64,000 bases of DNA, from NCBI RefSeq assembly GCF_026210795.1, contig NC_089436.1, positions 496,001 through 560,000 on the forward strand. Reading direction: 5' to 3'. The position numbers and the translations under genes were made by a program. This DNA is from Rhizophagus irregularis (Eukaryota). The notes under the pieces are model-generated. The model did not search any database. It saw only the letters and a list, made by a program, of their open reading frames with translations, and was not told the DNA's origin. Below, piece after piece: positions 49,714 through 62,989 of the stretch. Every line of letters starts with the position of its first letter. Within the stretch, counting starts at the first letter, position 1.

Positions 49714-52700
49714 CTGATTCTTACACTTCGAATGTTATAATTCTTTATCTGCATTTGAAATATCATGATAAAAGCTCTCAATAAAGTTTCTAATATATTG
49801 AAATGCATTCTTTTTCTCCACTTGTCATAAAAGAATCTAAGATTTGAAAAATTACGTTTACACCAGCACTTTTAGGAATTATTCAAATAATTTTAAAGCC
49901 AATGTTTGTATATAACTGAAGGTTTACTTGATTTACAAATTGACCATCATGTAATGATGGGTTTATAATATCCAAGTTGAGGGTGCATTATAAGGTGCCT
50001 GGGTAGCTATTCTGAGCCCTGAGACGGAATAATTTTCGAGAACGATATAGATAATAAATCACATGAATGAGTTAGAAAAATTCACAACCTTTCCTGCATT
50101 TTCTCATTCCATTCCAAATATTCCCTGCTTTAGGATTATTTTCAAAAAAAAAAAAAATTCCTTTCTCAATGCCTTTCCTTTGTATGCAGGATGTAAAATA
50201 AAAGTTAAAATATTTGCATTATTAATAAAAAAATTTATTATTAAATAAATTATACAATATATACTGACTGTATGTATCATTTGCAATTATACATACCATT
50301 CATTATAAATTTTCATAAAGTGATTAGGAAGCGTCATCATCAGTTTTAATTGGATATAATTTTTTTTGCAAGATTAGTAGTTTCTTCGTTCTAAAACTAA
50401 AATTGCAATTTTAATAGGAAGAAGCACTTTTGCTAAATGATTCATATTATAAAAACCTCGTGAACTAAGAATTAAGAACTAATATTATTATAATTATCTA
50501 AAAAATATTACAAATTAATCGTTGTTAATTATTACATACTCGCAATATTTTAAATAAAAAGAAGTAATTATTTAATACTCTTATAAACCTCCTTTGTTGC
50601 GTCATAATTGAATCAACAGCTTCATAATCCAACGTGTTTCAACATACGTTTTAAGTTTATCCCCTTCAATTTGATGTTTTTTTCACCAACCCTTGAAAAT
50701 AGAATGCATTTGTCATAAGACCGAACCCAAATTGAAACAAGAATCGATACATCTGACGTTTATTTGCCATGTGTATAAAATAGGATATGACGACGCGCAT
50801 ATAAGAATAGGGATACATATTGTAAATATTGTAAATGTATTATAAATTTATGAATAAAGTAAAGGACGCGCATTGAAAAATTATAGTTAAAAATGGTATA
50901 ATTTGCGGCATTTCAATAGTGTAATAACAACGTCATACCGTTATGTTGCAATAATACTCACGTTATGGCATATATATACTATAACATCCACAAGTTAAAA
51001 AAAAAAAGGTATATACCCTTTTTTTGGCGGGAAGCTGGAAAACCTTTTTTTTCCAGCAAACAGTAGTAGAACCAATTAAGATGAATTATATACGAAAGAT
51101 AAACATTAACAGAAACACCGGATTCGATAATAGTAAGAACTGTAAGAATCTGTGAACCGAATTAAGTTAATTTATTTTATAAATTATTCTGATTGGATAA
51201 AAGATTTGATGGTGTACAACTATTGCTGCGGTGATAAATTGAAAGTTTTCAGAAATTTTTTTTTTTTAATAAATATATAAAATAATATTGTAAATATCTA
51301 CTATCAAACTACAAACTATCAAACAACGGATGAATGTTATATATTGTTTTGATGATATCGCATATACAGTACATTTTAAGGTGCAATGATGTAATCTTTT
51401 TACGGGGAATTTTTATTTGCATTATCTGTATCATAACAAAGAAGATAGAATTTCGGTTCGAGATTCCATTTGTATTGTATAAATTATATATATATTGTTT
51501 ATTTATTATCAGTTCATCTAAAGTTTATCCTCCCTTAACGAGATCAAATTCATTGAAAAAATCAAAAATGTAAATTTAAAATGAAAAAAAAGGTTGATTT
51601 AAGGTTAAATCTCAAAAAAAAAAAAAATATGTGCATATTATTTATTATTATTTTTGAAACAAGATTAGATCGTAATTCGGATTAAAATCTTATTTAAAAA
51701 ATCTTGTACTTTCAAGGGAATATTAAAAATCTTCTTTTAAATAAATAGGAAATACCTTTTAATTTTAAAAATGGATAAATTAAATCCTTTAAGGGGTTGA
51801 AAGTGTTGAAAGAGTTGAAAGAGTTGAAAGGATTGAAAAGTTATTATTGGTTAGATATTACTATTATTGAGTATTATCGAGTACTATTAGTAGTTGATGT
51901 ATTATTGGTGGTATCAGGTGCAACAAAGAAAAATCATGTCATTATGATACTAATATGATAATCATATTTTTATCACGAAAGATATTATATAAAAAAAAAA
52001 AGAGTTCTATATTAGTTTAAACCGAATTAAAACCGAATTAAACCAAAATTAAACCTTAATTAAGTGAAAAATACCTTTCCATAAAAATAAAAGAAAAGAA
52101 AAAAAAGAAAAGGAGAAAAAAATTTAAATTTCATCCCCTTAAAAAAAAAAACTTAGATTCGAAAGATAGTACTGTATTATAATTATTTTTTTAAAATAAG
52201 TACACTTATTCTTACTCTTACATGAATGACATTCAATGAATGAATGAAAAAAAAATTTTATTTATATATGTTTTTTTTATCTTTAAGAATTTCTTTATTT
52301 CGTTAATTCATTGATGATTTGTCAGAATTTAATCATGTACCAATTGTACCATGTTGTTTATTATTATCCAATATCAGATATTAATTATTAATCATATATG
52401 CAAAAAAAAACTCATTTTCATTCTCCGATTTTTAAAATAGATCCGACTCATCATGATTGATTTTTAATTTTTAAGAGAAATAATAATTTTTTCACACGCA
52501 AATTAAATTAATTGCATAAATTTAGCAAAATAAAGGGAACAGGAGAAAACCTTATTTTTATTTATTTAAAGATTACAAAAGATCTTCTTGATTGTCATTG
52601 ATCTGTGTGTACGTCCCCTTCGGGATACGCGTATAATGAATGAACTTTAAAAAAAGATACTATCTCATAAATGTAAAAAATGAATAAAATGGTTCGAGAA

Positions 52701-53288
52701 ATTGTTTTACAAACAAAGAAGAATAAAGATAACAAGAAATAAAAAGAAAATTACTTAAAGGGGGATAAGATTATACGTACGCGTGTATGAAATTCCGTAT
52801 CGAGTAATATAAAAAAGAATTTGTACATCCGCGTAAAAAAAGTTTTTTACACAAATAAATAAATTTAAAGGAAACAAAACATGCCAAAGTTAGTCAAATC
52901 TCATTGAAGAAAACAAAACTGCGCAATGAGACTGCAAATACTGCAGGGGAAATGAGGAATTCGCGTAAAAAAAATATAAATGATTGAACTTGAAAAAAGA
53001 GAACAAGAAACAAATTATAACTTTAAATGTGAGAGTTTGGACCGCAATGGATAATTTTAACGGAATCGCGCACTAATATGGTGAAATTATTCTTTTCTTT
53101 TACTTTCTTGGATATTTACATAAGAATTTATTATTTACATGATTACTTTATTATTTACAAGATTTGTTTTTAACATTTGGAAAAAAATCATCCTAAAATT
53201 AATTTTTTAATTTTCTTCAATTGTAAAAAATATATGTCGATCTAAAAATGCATTTTATTGATATACGTGAAAAAAGTAATTAATTTAT

Positions 53289-53391
53289 ATGGTGAACGCC
53301 ACTCTTAAATCTCCGATATTTAAAAGAAAAAATTAGAATTGTTTTTTGAGAGTGGCGCAGAATTTAAAAGAAAGAGATTTTAATTCACCAT
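53289..53391. other. Imperfect foldback
   Basis: cgccactct/agagtggcg inside atggtgaa/ttcaccat. Confidence 0.5.
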
Positions 53392-54890
53392 TATATGAAG
53401 AACAATGTCATATATTAGGAATATACGGTATGTTAACAGTTAATACAATGTGAGATGGAATTTTAACGCCATTTTGCATAAATATAATATATAATTTGGT
53501 AAAGATTTACATCGTGGTTAATGTGCGTGGCAAAACAATATTGTTCTATTTTTCACTATTTGCGTCAACATTTTGTTTAAAATATTCTAAAATAATGAAT
53601 GAACCTTTAAATGTATAAACATTTTACTTCCTTGAAGAATTTTTTGAATAATGTAGAAATTTCAAAATGTGTGTAATATTCGGTTTATTTAAGCATAAGT
53701 ATGTTTGATCTACAACAAAGTTATTATATATTTAGGAAAACTGTGGCTAAACTTGCAGTCCATAATATAAATTAAGAAATGATATTCCTAGGAACAATTA
53801 TTTGTGGCTTCAACGTTAAACAATAGAATATATTTAATGATGCCATCCTTCTATATTCGAAAATACTTTAGAACATATTAGAACATAAATGATTATTCGT
53901 AAAATATTTTAGAACATAATAATCATAATGATAATTTTAATTATATTATATTAAAATTTAAATTTTTCCTTTGTCTTTTTAAGAAATTTTTAATCGATTA
54001 CATGAAAATATTAGAATTTTGTCTAATTTTCGAAACATTTTCTTTAGATTTATTTCTTTAAATGTATTTTCGCACTTTCCCTTTAATATATTTATGAAAC
54101 TCAATAGTAAAAAGATCATCAAGTCCCCCATGAAAATTCATTGTAAATAATATACAGTATGTAGCATCTACTATATGTATATGTACTTACATACAATATA
54201 TTCAATATAGTAAATTATTTTAAAAAACGTAAATTAGAAAGATAAAGAAAAAAAGGTACATAAAAAAGGTACATAAAAAATTAAAATATTTAAAATATTT
54301 TATTTTTTATAATAATAATAAAAATAAAAAAATTTTTTTAAAAAATTACTTTTCCGTATATGATATTAAGTTGTAACACTTAATACGTAATTTATATTTA
54401 ATCATTATTTTATCATGGTTAAATTATTAAAACAATGAATGTACATTATAATAAAATATATTGTTCAGATTTACAATCTATAAATAATTTATGTTTAAAA
54501 TATAATAAAATTTTTTCTTTCCAAATTCAACCCCATTATAGTTACATTGTTCAAATTTAACACTATTCAATAGAAAATTCGATTGTCCAATCGATAATCA
54601 TTTTTTTTTGTTATCAACTTTTATTGAACAATAAACATTCGATAAACTATTAACCCTGAAATCGCATAAAAATGACGGATTTTGGACGTACTTTCAAAAA
54701 TTCAAAAAAAATCATTTTCTTTGAAAATAAAAACAAACAAATAATAATAATAATAATCCTTTTTTTTTTAAAAAAAAAAAAGAAATAGTTTCAAAAAAAA
54801 GAAATAGTTTCAAAAATAGAAACACTTTCAATTTAATAATAAATTTTCTTATCTTTTCCCCCATTAACATTAGTTATCATATTTATCAAA

Positions 54891-55457
54891 ATGCATGCCT
54901 CAGCAGTAGTCTGTGATGAACGCGTCACTGAAAATCAATCACAATCACCTTGTAAAGCTCGTCATTTCAAGGCTATTGAAGGAATTCCTTCAACTTATAT
55001 TCTTGAAAAACTTCATCAATTGGGACCAAGATATTATGGTGATAAATCAACAGCTTTTGCAGAACTTTATGTTGAAGGAATAGATAAACCATTTTGGGTT
55101 CATGAGGAATATCTCGTTCTTCAATCCGTTTTCTTTCAAGAAACTCTTCAAAATGTCACTTCTGGGGATATAATTACAATTACTTTACCTTCTCCTGATA
55201 CTTTTGAACATATCTTGCAATATTTATATGATGGTGACGCTGATAAATGGTATGATACTTTGACTCCTGAAAATTATTTCGGTGTCTGGCAAAATATTGA
55301 ATCTCTCGGTTTGGGAATTGAAGCGAGGGCCATTTGTCTTACTTATTATCATAGCGAGATTAAAAAGAAAAACTTAAATGATGATGATGATGATGATGAT
55401 GATGAAATGATTGATGATGACATGATGGATGATGATGATGAAGAATGTATTCGATAA
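54891..55457 (+). CDS. BTB/POZ-domain protein with poly-Asp tail (188 aa)
   Basis: KPFWVHEEYLVLQSVFF..ITITLPSPDTFEHILQYLYDG matches the BTB pattern. Intronless ORF with good start context (caaaATG). Confidence 0.85.
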   Translation: MHASAVVCDERVTENQSQSPCKARHFKAIEGIPSTYILEKLHQLGPRYYGDKSTAFAELYVEGIDKPFWVHEEYLVLQSVFFQETLQNVTSGDIITITLPSPDTFEHILQYLYDGDADKWYDTLTPENYFGVWQNIESLGLGIEARAICLTYYHSEIKKKNLNDDDDDDDDEMIDDDMMDDDDEECIR

Positions 55458-57445
55458 ATTTTCATAAATTTCATTAAACCCATAATTTTTATACTTTTTT
55501 TTCATTAATAGCGATTTTATTATAAAATGAACATTTTTAAACAAAACAAAACATTTTTAAATTTTATATGTTGATAACTTTTACATTCAATTTCAAATTT
55601 TTACAAATTTCACACATTTATTTCAACAACCGCTAATACGCATTTCTCCAATAATTTTTTTTTTTGTAAGATTCTTTTCATAAATATTAATAATATTATA
55701 GATAAATTTATTTCATATATACATATTCCGAAATTATCCAAATTATCCACAATCAACAAAATTTGTAAATTTTTATATAAAAGAAATTCATTAAAGAATA
55801 ATTCGTTTGAACACTTTTTTTTTTCAAAAAAAATATATATATATATATATTCTAAGCTTTTTTTTATTATCTATTTCAAAATTTATGTTAAAAAATTGTA
55901 AAAATTTTTAAAATGTTAAAAAAAAATGTTAAAAGCGTTAAAAATGTAAATTAAGTTGACATATTTGATATCGATTTTGATACCGATATGTTTTTTAAAA
56001 AAAATAAAAAAATAAAAATTCAATCTTTTCTTGGCGTTTTAGAAATGTAATAACAAACTTACTAATTTAAAAATTTGAAATTTACATAATAAAAAATTAT
56101 AAAAACTTCTCATGTTTGATTAGAAAGACATAACAATGATTTAATCTATTAATTTTTATTATTCTTTATTCTAATCCGTCTATTGTTAAGACGTATAATT
56201 TTAAATTCATATATTTTATTTATTTTTATTAGAAATTTGTTTTTCTTCTCAAATTTGATTGCATTTATCATTTTCATATTATCACCGTTTTTAAAATGGT
56301 GTGCCAGTTTACTTGTGATCGTATATTCGAATCTCAATATTCGTCCGGTTTTCATCCGATTTTTGTTCGGTTATATTTTTTTTTATTCAAATATAACTCT
56401 ATACTCCATTTTGAAACCGGTGATAAATTTTCTCCACTTTAAGGAAACAAAAAACAAAAATAGAGTCATAATGTTTAGACGAACTTGTGCCATCCAAAAT
56501 GTTTTAAATATTTAAAGATTTACAAAATCCTTACCAAATGCATCAAGTCGATCCATATGACCATATCTAAATTCATTTATTATTTTTAGTAAAACTGTCG
56601 TCAAGAGCCTTTAAGAAGCAACACTAACCACATTTTTATTCTGAATGGACTTTGGGTATTTTAGAAGCCTTAAATGAATTAAGTATAATGTAAAATCTTT
56701 TAAAAACTGTTGGTATTGTTTAAAATTGTTCAACGGCCGCGTTATCACTTTATTAATAGAAATGTTTCGCGTAAAACAAAATATTAAATTGCAATGAAAT
56801 ATTATAATAATCAGTATTATAAATATTGCTATAAAAAGTCTAATAAAATAAGAATAATAATAAAGAATAATAATAAAGTTATTATAATATCTTAATATTG
56901 TATTATGTATCGATGTAAATAAAATATTGATCTTGACTTTTTTTATAAATTTAATTTAAACAATTTAACGTGGTTTTATGCCTTTTTAACTTTATTAATG
57001 AACAATACAACGAAGACAGTATTGCAAACGCATTTTGTACAAGAGTCACCCGTACACCACAACTGAGCCACAGTACAGATGACATCTTTTTTTTATAAAT
57101 AAAATATCAGATATCTGATATGCTTTTTTTTTTAATATTAATATCAACATTCAACATATTACGTATATATCATCATAAATTTATTATAAAATTTTTTTTT
57201 ATCTTTGGGTTAGGTTACCGGATGTTTCAATAATTTATAATTTGAAAATATGAAAGTAATAAAAAGATAATTAAAAAAAAATCATAAAAAAAAAATAGAT
57301 ATTTTATAATAAAAATTTTTGAAAGGATTTTATAATTTTTTGAATTACAGTTAGAACTTGATATACAAACCTTCCAGTTTAATAGAAAAAATCATTATAT
57401 GAAAATTTATAATATTTATATATAAAAATAATGTTTTTACTTCAA

Positions 57446-57564
57446 ATCACCGGGGGTGATCATCACCGTTGGCCAGAATTATCAATTTTTACCGGCACTA
57501 TATTTTTTTAATGCTGGTTGGTTGTTATAATTTCAGTTACCAGTGATCATCACCTCCTGGTAAT
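57446..57564. mobile_element. Degenerate MITE with about 40-bp imperfect TIRs
   Basis: atcaccgggggtgatcatcacc pairs with agtgatcatcacctcctggtaat. Confidence 0.6.
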
Positions 57565-57808
57565 AGTTAGAAAAATTCTAAAATCTTAAAAAATTGCTTT
57601 ATTTAAAATTCACTACAAAATAATATTTTAATTTTATATTTATATATGGGTTTTGTAGATTATCACTATGGTGATATATTGCCAGACTTTAAATGTCATA
57701 TATTTAGCAAATTCATCATGTAGCAATAAATTGTACTTATATGTTTTTTTGTTAATACATTTTTCTATACATATTCTATTAATACATTCTTTCTATCATA
57801 CATTCTAA

Positions 57809-58007
57809 CCCTATAAAAAATTTTTATCCAAATATTCCCATTATTTCTCCGTGTATTCTGTAAAAATTCCGTGAAAATGATACATTCACGGATATCCGTG
57901 TTAGCGAGATGAAAATTTCCATGATTTAAGGCTATAAATTCCATTAAAATGATACATTCACGGAAAAAATATGGAAAGATAAAACACAGATCAGATTTTT
58001 TACAGGG
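57809..58007. mobile_element. CCCTGTAAAAAA-TIR MITE, third copy, flanked by TAA on both sides
   Basis: taa-ccctataaaaaa ... ttttttacaggg-taa, with internal aaaatgatacattcacgga duplicated. Confidence 0.75.
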
Positions 58008-58109
58008 TAATTAAATATCCCTAACCAATTGTTCATTATACTTCTTTTTTCTAGATATAGTAATAAAGTCAATATGCAAATAACAATATCAGTAAAAATA
58101 AATATATTG

Positions 58110-61100
58110 ATTATTACCTTGCAATTTTTTTGATAATGTCTGACTTTCCCACATTTTCTGCAATATTGCTGATTTTATGACTTAGGTTTAGAGGTTTTAG
58201 CAGATGATTTAAATCTTTTGATATCCAAGAGTTATCTTTTGCCATATTGTTTTTTAGAATTTTGTAATACTGGTACTAAAGGATCAATATTTTTTTTATT
58301 AGTTATTTTATCTTGATTAATGTTATTTAATTTATCCAAATCTGATTCACCATCTTCTGTAAATTCTTGTAACAAGCTAATAAACTATTTTGATTTAGAA
58401 TTAAATTGTAGAGTCTTGTTTAATACTTTTTTATACATTTCATATAACTTTCTATAGATAAGTTTCTATTTAAGAATTGTCAATTGCTCTTTACAAAATA
58501 CATTATTATTTTGATTAAATAAACATAAACTTATATTAGAATCATTAAATTCATTATAATTATAAGTAATGTTTTCTATATAAATTTGTCAATAATAAAA
58601 AATAGTTTTTGCATAGTATTTTTATTTTTATTGTCATCATATCATTAAGAAACAATAAATTGTATGTAAAAAAAATGCCATTTTCATTACTAACATTATC
58701 TGATAAATAATATTTATAAATAATACCACAATATAAATTGAAATATACAAATACAAATACTCCTAATTACTGTATATAATAATAAAATATAATAGGATCC
58801 CAGAAAATATATAAATAGATAAGATCCAGCCAAAAAAATTTTACTATAAGCTTTAAGGATTTTTTCAGAACCAGAACTATAATAATACTAATCAGTTTTT
58901 AAATTAGAAAATTAAATTTCTGGCTAGTATTATTTAAAAAGGAAAAAATTTACACAATTTTTTTGGCAAATTCTAAGCAATTTGAGATTTTACTTATTTA
59001 TATATTTTCTGAAAGCCTAATGTAATATTTGATATCCAATGAATTTTTAACATTATAGCCCATATTTTTCTAACATTATATGATTCAACAAATTCAATCA
59101 TTTGATTTAAAGTAACTTTTGAAATATTACTGGATATTTATTCAATTATAATTTCAAATGTTTTTTCCTATAAAATTAGATTCTTATAAGTATTTTATAT
59201 ACAATAATTATTAAAAATTCATTATACTTAAAAATATACCTTATGGCTTATATATATATATTAGCATCTTGGTTTATCTGGTTTGCTACATAATTTAAAA
59301 ATTGATTCATCTTATCACAATGTATTTTTAATATTGTTGGTATAAAAAATAAATTCTTGTATATTTTGATCAATTTTTGTAAATAAAAAATTTGTATTAG
59401 TTTGCCTTTTTATATCAGAAATTAATAAATGCCAGCATTTATATTTTTATTTTTTATCCTGTTGATTAAGAAATCTTTGATAATGGAATATTAGAATTAT
59501 TTAACAAATGCTTTAAACAAGCATTAATTAATTCAACTTGAAATCATCAGTTTAAATTGAAATATTAACAATTATTGAATAATGTATTTGTTTAATTAAA
59601 TAATGAATAAAAATAATTAATCATGAATAACATAACACTTTTTAACATAGAACTAGCTATCATTCCTTCTGTAAAATAATACTTAATGTAACAATGAGTC
59701 TAATATTCTTTTATTTTATAAAAATATTTCAGATAATAATTCTTTGCTTTAAAGTAGTTTTCTATGGATTTGTTAAAATGTTGTTGAAAAATATTTTCAA
59801 TAATATAATTACAATAGCTATAAAAATCATAAATAAAACTCTGATATTTATTATTTAATAATTTCTTAAATTCTTATTCAAGTTTTAAGAAATGTGAAAG
59901 ATACAGTGAATCAGATAAGTAGATAGAAATATTTAATGAATTGCTACATTTACAGCTGAATCAGAATCTGTAATAATAATAACAGGTTGTATACTAGTAG
60001 CTTTAATAATATTGTTAAACATCCAAGTGTATGAGTCAAAACTTTCATTGATTAATAATCCTTGAATAAGTAATATATTTTAATGGTCATTATTAAATTC
60101 AACAATCAAAAATAATGCCATATCATATTACATCAGGAAATTTGTTTAGGCGTAATTTAGTGTAATATTTCGGAGGTGGTGTAAAATTTCGAAATATTAC
60201 ACTAAAAACATAATATTACAAAAGTTTACGCTTTTAAATTTGAATAATTATAGTAATTTAAGAATATCTCGCTATCTACTGATCCAAACAAGACTATCTA
60301 TAGCTCATTGGAATCAGCTCATCAAGACGAATCGAATGGTAGTAAAATCATATCTCTACGTTCTATAGATGACTTTCTATTAATTTAAAACTTTATTGCA
60401 TACTATAGAGCGTTCTATCAACTGTAGAAATGCGAATTTACTACCATTCGATTCGTCTTGATGAGCTGATTCCAATGAGCTATAGATCGTCTTGTTTGGA
60501 TTAGTAGATAGCGAGATATTCTTAAATCACTATAATTATTCAAATTTAAAAGCGTAAACTTTTGTAATATTACGTTTTTAGTGTAATATTTCGAAATTTT
60601 ACACCACCTCTGAAATATTACACTAAATTACGCCTAAACAAATTTCCTGATGTAATTAGTCTTATGTGTAATATCATTTATAATACAATTAAAATATTAT
60701 ATCTAATTCTTTATTTGAGAAGATATCATTCATAGTAAGTAAGTGAGAGTATTATTTTCGTCCTAACTTCAATATATAATCCATTAAGAATTAGCTTTTT
60801 TTTGACTTTTAAGTCAATTTGAAATATTAATAGTATCATTTAATAATGAATTCTTTATAGAACAAAATTTTTAAATAGCTTTATAAAGTTTTGTGAATAT
60901 ACTAGATGAGTTGGATATTTTCCTTCAAGAAAATTTTGTTATGCTATTGCTTCAAATTTGCAAAATATAATTATAAATTTAATATCCTCAAATATTAAAT
61001 TGGTAAAATTTTTAAAATCCTTAAATTCAATCATTGATACATTTAATAGATGATTATAATATTAATCAACAATTTTATTAATAATTACAATTCTTTAATT

Positions 61101-61335
61101 TTAGGCATGAAGCATTAATAATAAATAAACAACCAATTTTTTTTTGTAATAGTAACTTTAGTTGAAATAGAATCATAGGCACGTTTATAAAAACAGATAT
61201 ATGTATAGCAGCAAATAACTTCTCTATCACAATCTACATGATCTTTAATAATTCAAAAATCTTGTTATTTAGTCTATGTATTTACAAAATCTTTGCAATT
61301 ATCCCATAATTCAAATTTTTTCCCTATATATAATA
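58110..61335 (-). pseudogene. Decayed FAR1-related MULE (Mutator) transposase
   Basis: Minus-strand fragments in the expected order: FAR1 domain (GKKFELW..IIKDHV..YIC..TKKIGCLFIINASC), NDITHKTN*YDMA, QGLLINES..IITDSDSAV..IHCIFHI, FTEGMIASS, and a C-terminal CRKCGKVRHYQKNC knuckle. Many stop codons. Confidence 0.85.
60131..60652. mobile_element. 522-bp palindromic foldback element, about 228-bp arms, TA TSD
   Basis: TA-catcaggaaatttgtttaggcg ... cgcctaaacaaatttcctgatg-TA. Arms near-identical and CpG-retaining. Removing the element and one TA restores the host transposase frame. Confidence 0.95.
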
Positions 61336-61451
61336 GTACATGTTTATTTTTATTAAACAAAATTATCTTATTATTATTACAATTATTTATTAAAAAAAAA
61401 ATTATGAAATTAGAAATAGCTAATATTAAAATCTGATCTTAAATTCACTTT

Positions 61452-61538
61452 TCTAACCTAACCCTAACCCTAATCTAAAAACTAACTTTAATCCAACCTA
61501 CCCTAACCATAATCCTAACCTTAAATTCTAATCTTAAC
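61452..61538 (-). repeat. Degenerate interstitial (CCCTAA)n telomere-like tract
   Basis: ctaacctaaccctaaccctaatctaa..ccctaaccataatcctaacctt, just upstream of the MULE ORF. Confidence 0.7.
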
Positions 61539-62989
61539 TATATATACTATGTGTAAATTCTGAGGTTTGAATATCTTCACTCAATTTTTCTTCCATATTT
61601 TCCATAAAATAGTAAATAAAGTAATTTACATTTGATATTAATAAAAAAAAAGGTATGTTTATATTTAATATTAGCAAAAAAATATGATTTTACATTTAAA
61701 TATTAATGAAAGAAATAGCTAAAATGAAAATATTTCAATAGAGAGAGAGAGAAGTTGTGGGAAACACTGATTTACTTGATAATCAAAAAGTTTATTAAAA
61801 GTATAATTCATGTAATTATAATTTATTTTATATCATTACAATAAAATAATTACACTAATTTTATTAATTATTACATAATCACATTAATCAAATCACATAA
61901 CAAATGGGATATAGCAATAAATTACATATGCAATAAATTATAATTCTCTTTATATATAATCAAAATTTTTAAAAGAAAAAATTTATTAATAGGAAATCAA
62001 ATTAATCCAATCTTAATGTAATTTTTTAAACTAAATAATATTTAATTTTAAAGTTTATAAATTATTATTTTAATATAATTAAAATTTTATTAATAAATAT
62101 AGTAAAATAAACTTTAAAAAAGAATAGATATTTTATAAAGAAATTTTTTTTTATATTTATATATAGTGGTTTCCAAAAAAACTGCATCAACTTTTTTAAA
62201 ATTGTTAATTACCTTTATTAAATCTTTAATCCAATTAAAATAAATATTAAATCAAAAAAACCTGGTATTTTTTTTAGGCATTTTTTAAAATTTTTGAAAA
62301 ATTAAACTTTTCATAAAAATTATATTATACTTCTATAATAAAAAAATGTAAAATTAATTATTAAATAAATTTATTTCACTTTAATTTATAAAAATTTTAT
62401 TAAAATACCAAATTTCAGTAATTTAATAGTGAATTTCATTTTGATTTACATATATTACATTGAATTTTCAAAATTTTATGATGAAATTCATCTTTGGTGA
62501 ATTTCACCTTAATTTATATAATATATAAACAAACTTTTAGCTTTAGAACACCATTTTTTTTTTATTTTTATAATTTTCTTTAAACAATAAAGAATTCTAA
62601 TGATTATAATAAAGATATATATAAAATAAAATGCATTTTTATTATCACCATTTAATGATAATTTTACTATAAATTTTTACTTTTATTTTTTATTTTATTT
62701 TAAATTGCATGTTTATTTTTATTTTCTTTTTCTTTTTCTATTTTATTATTATTTTTATTTATATTTTATTTGTATTTTATTATTATTGTTATTTTCTTTA
62801 TTTGGTTTGTTATCATTTATATTTTGATGATCACATCCTATTAGGTGGATATAGCTCATGATAATTTATTTATATGGTATATGAATTTAATATCAATAAA
62901 GTATATATAGATCATTAAAAAAAAAAAAAAAATTCTATTTAATTACTTTATATTATTATTAGATATAGATGTTTAATAATAAAATAATA

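Noticed and set aside
61452..61538. True telomere
   Set aside because: Short, degenerate and internal, with unique sequence on both sides.
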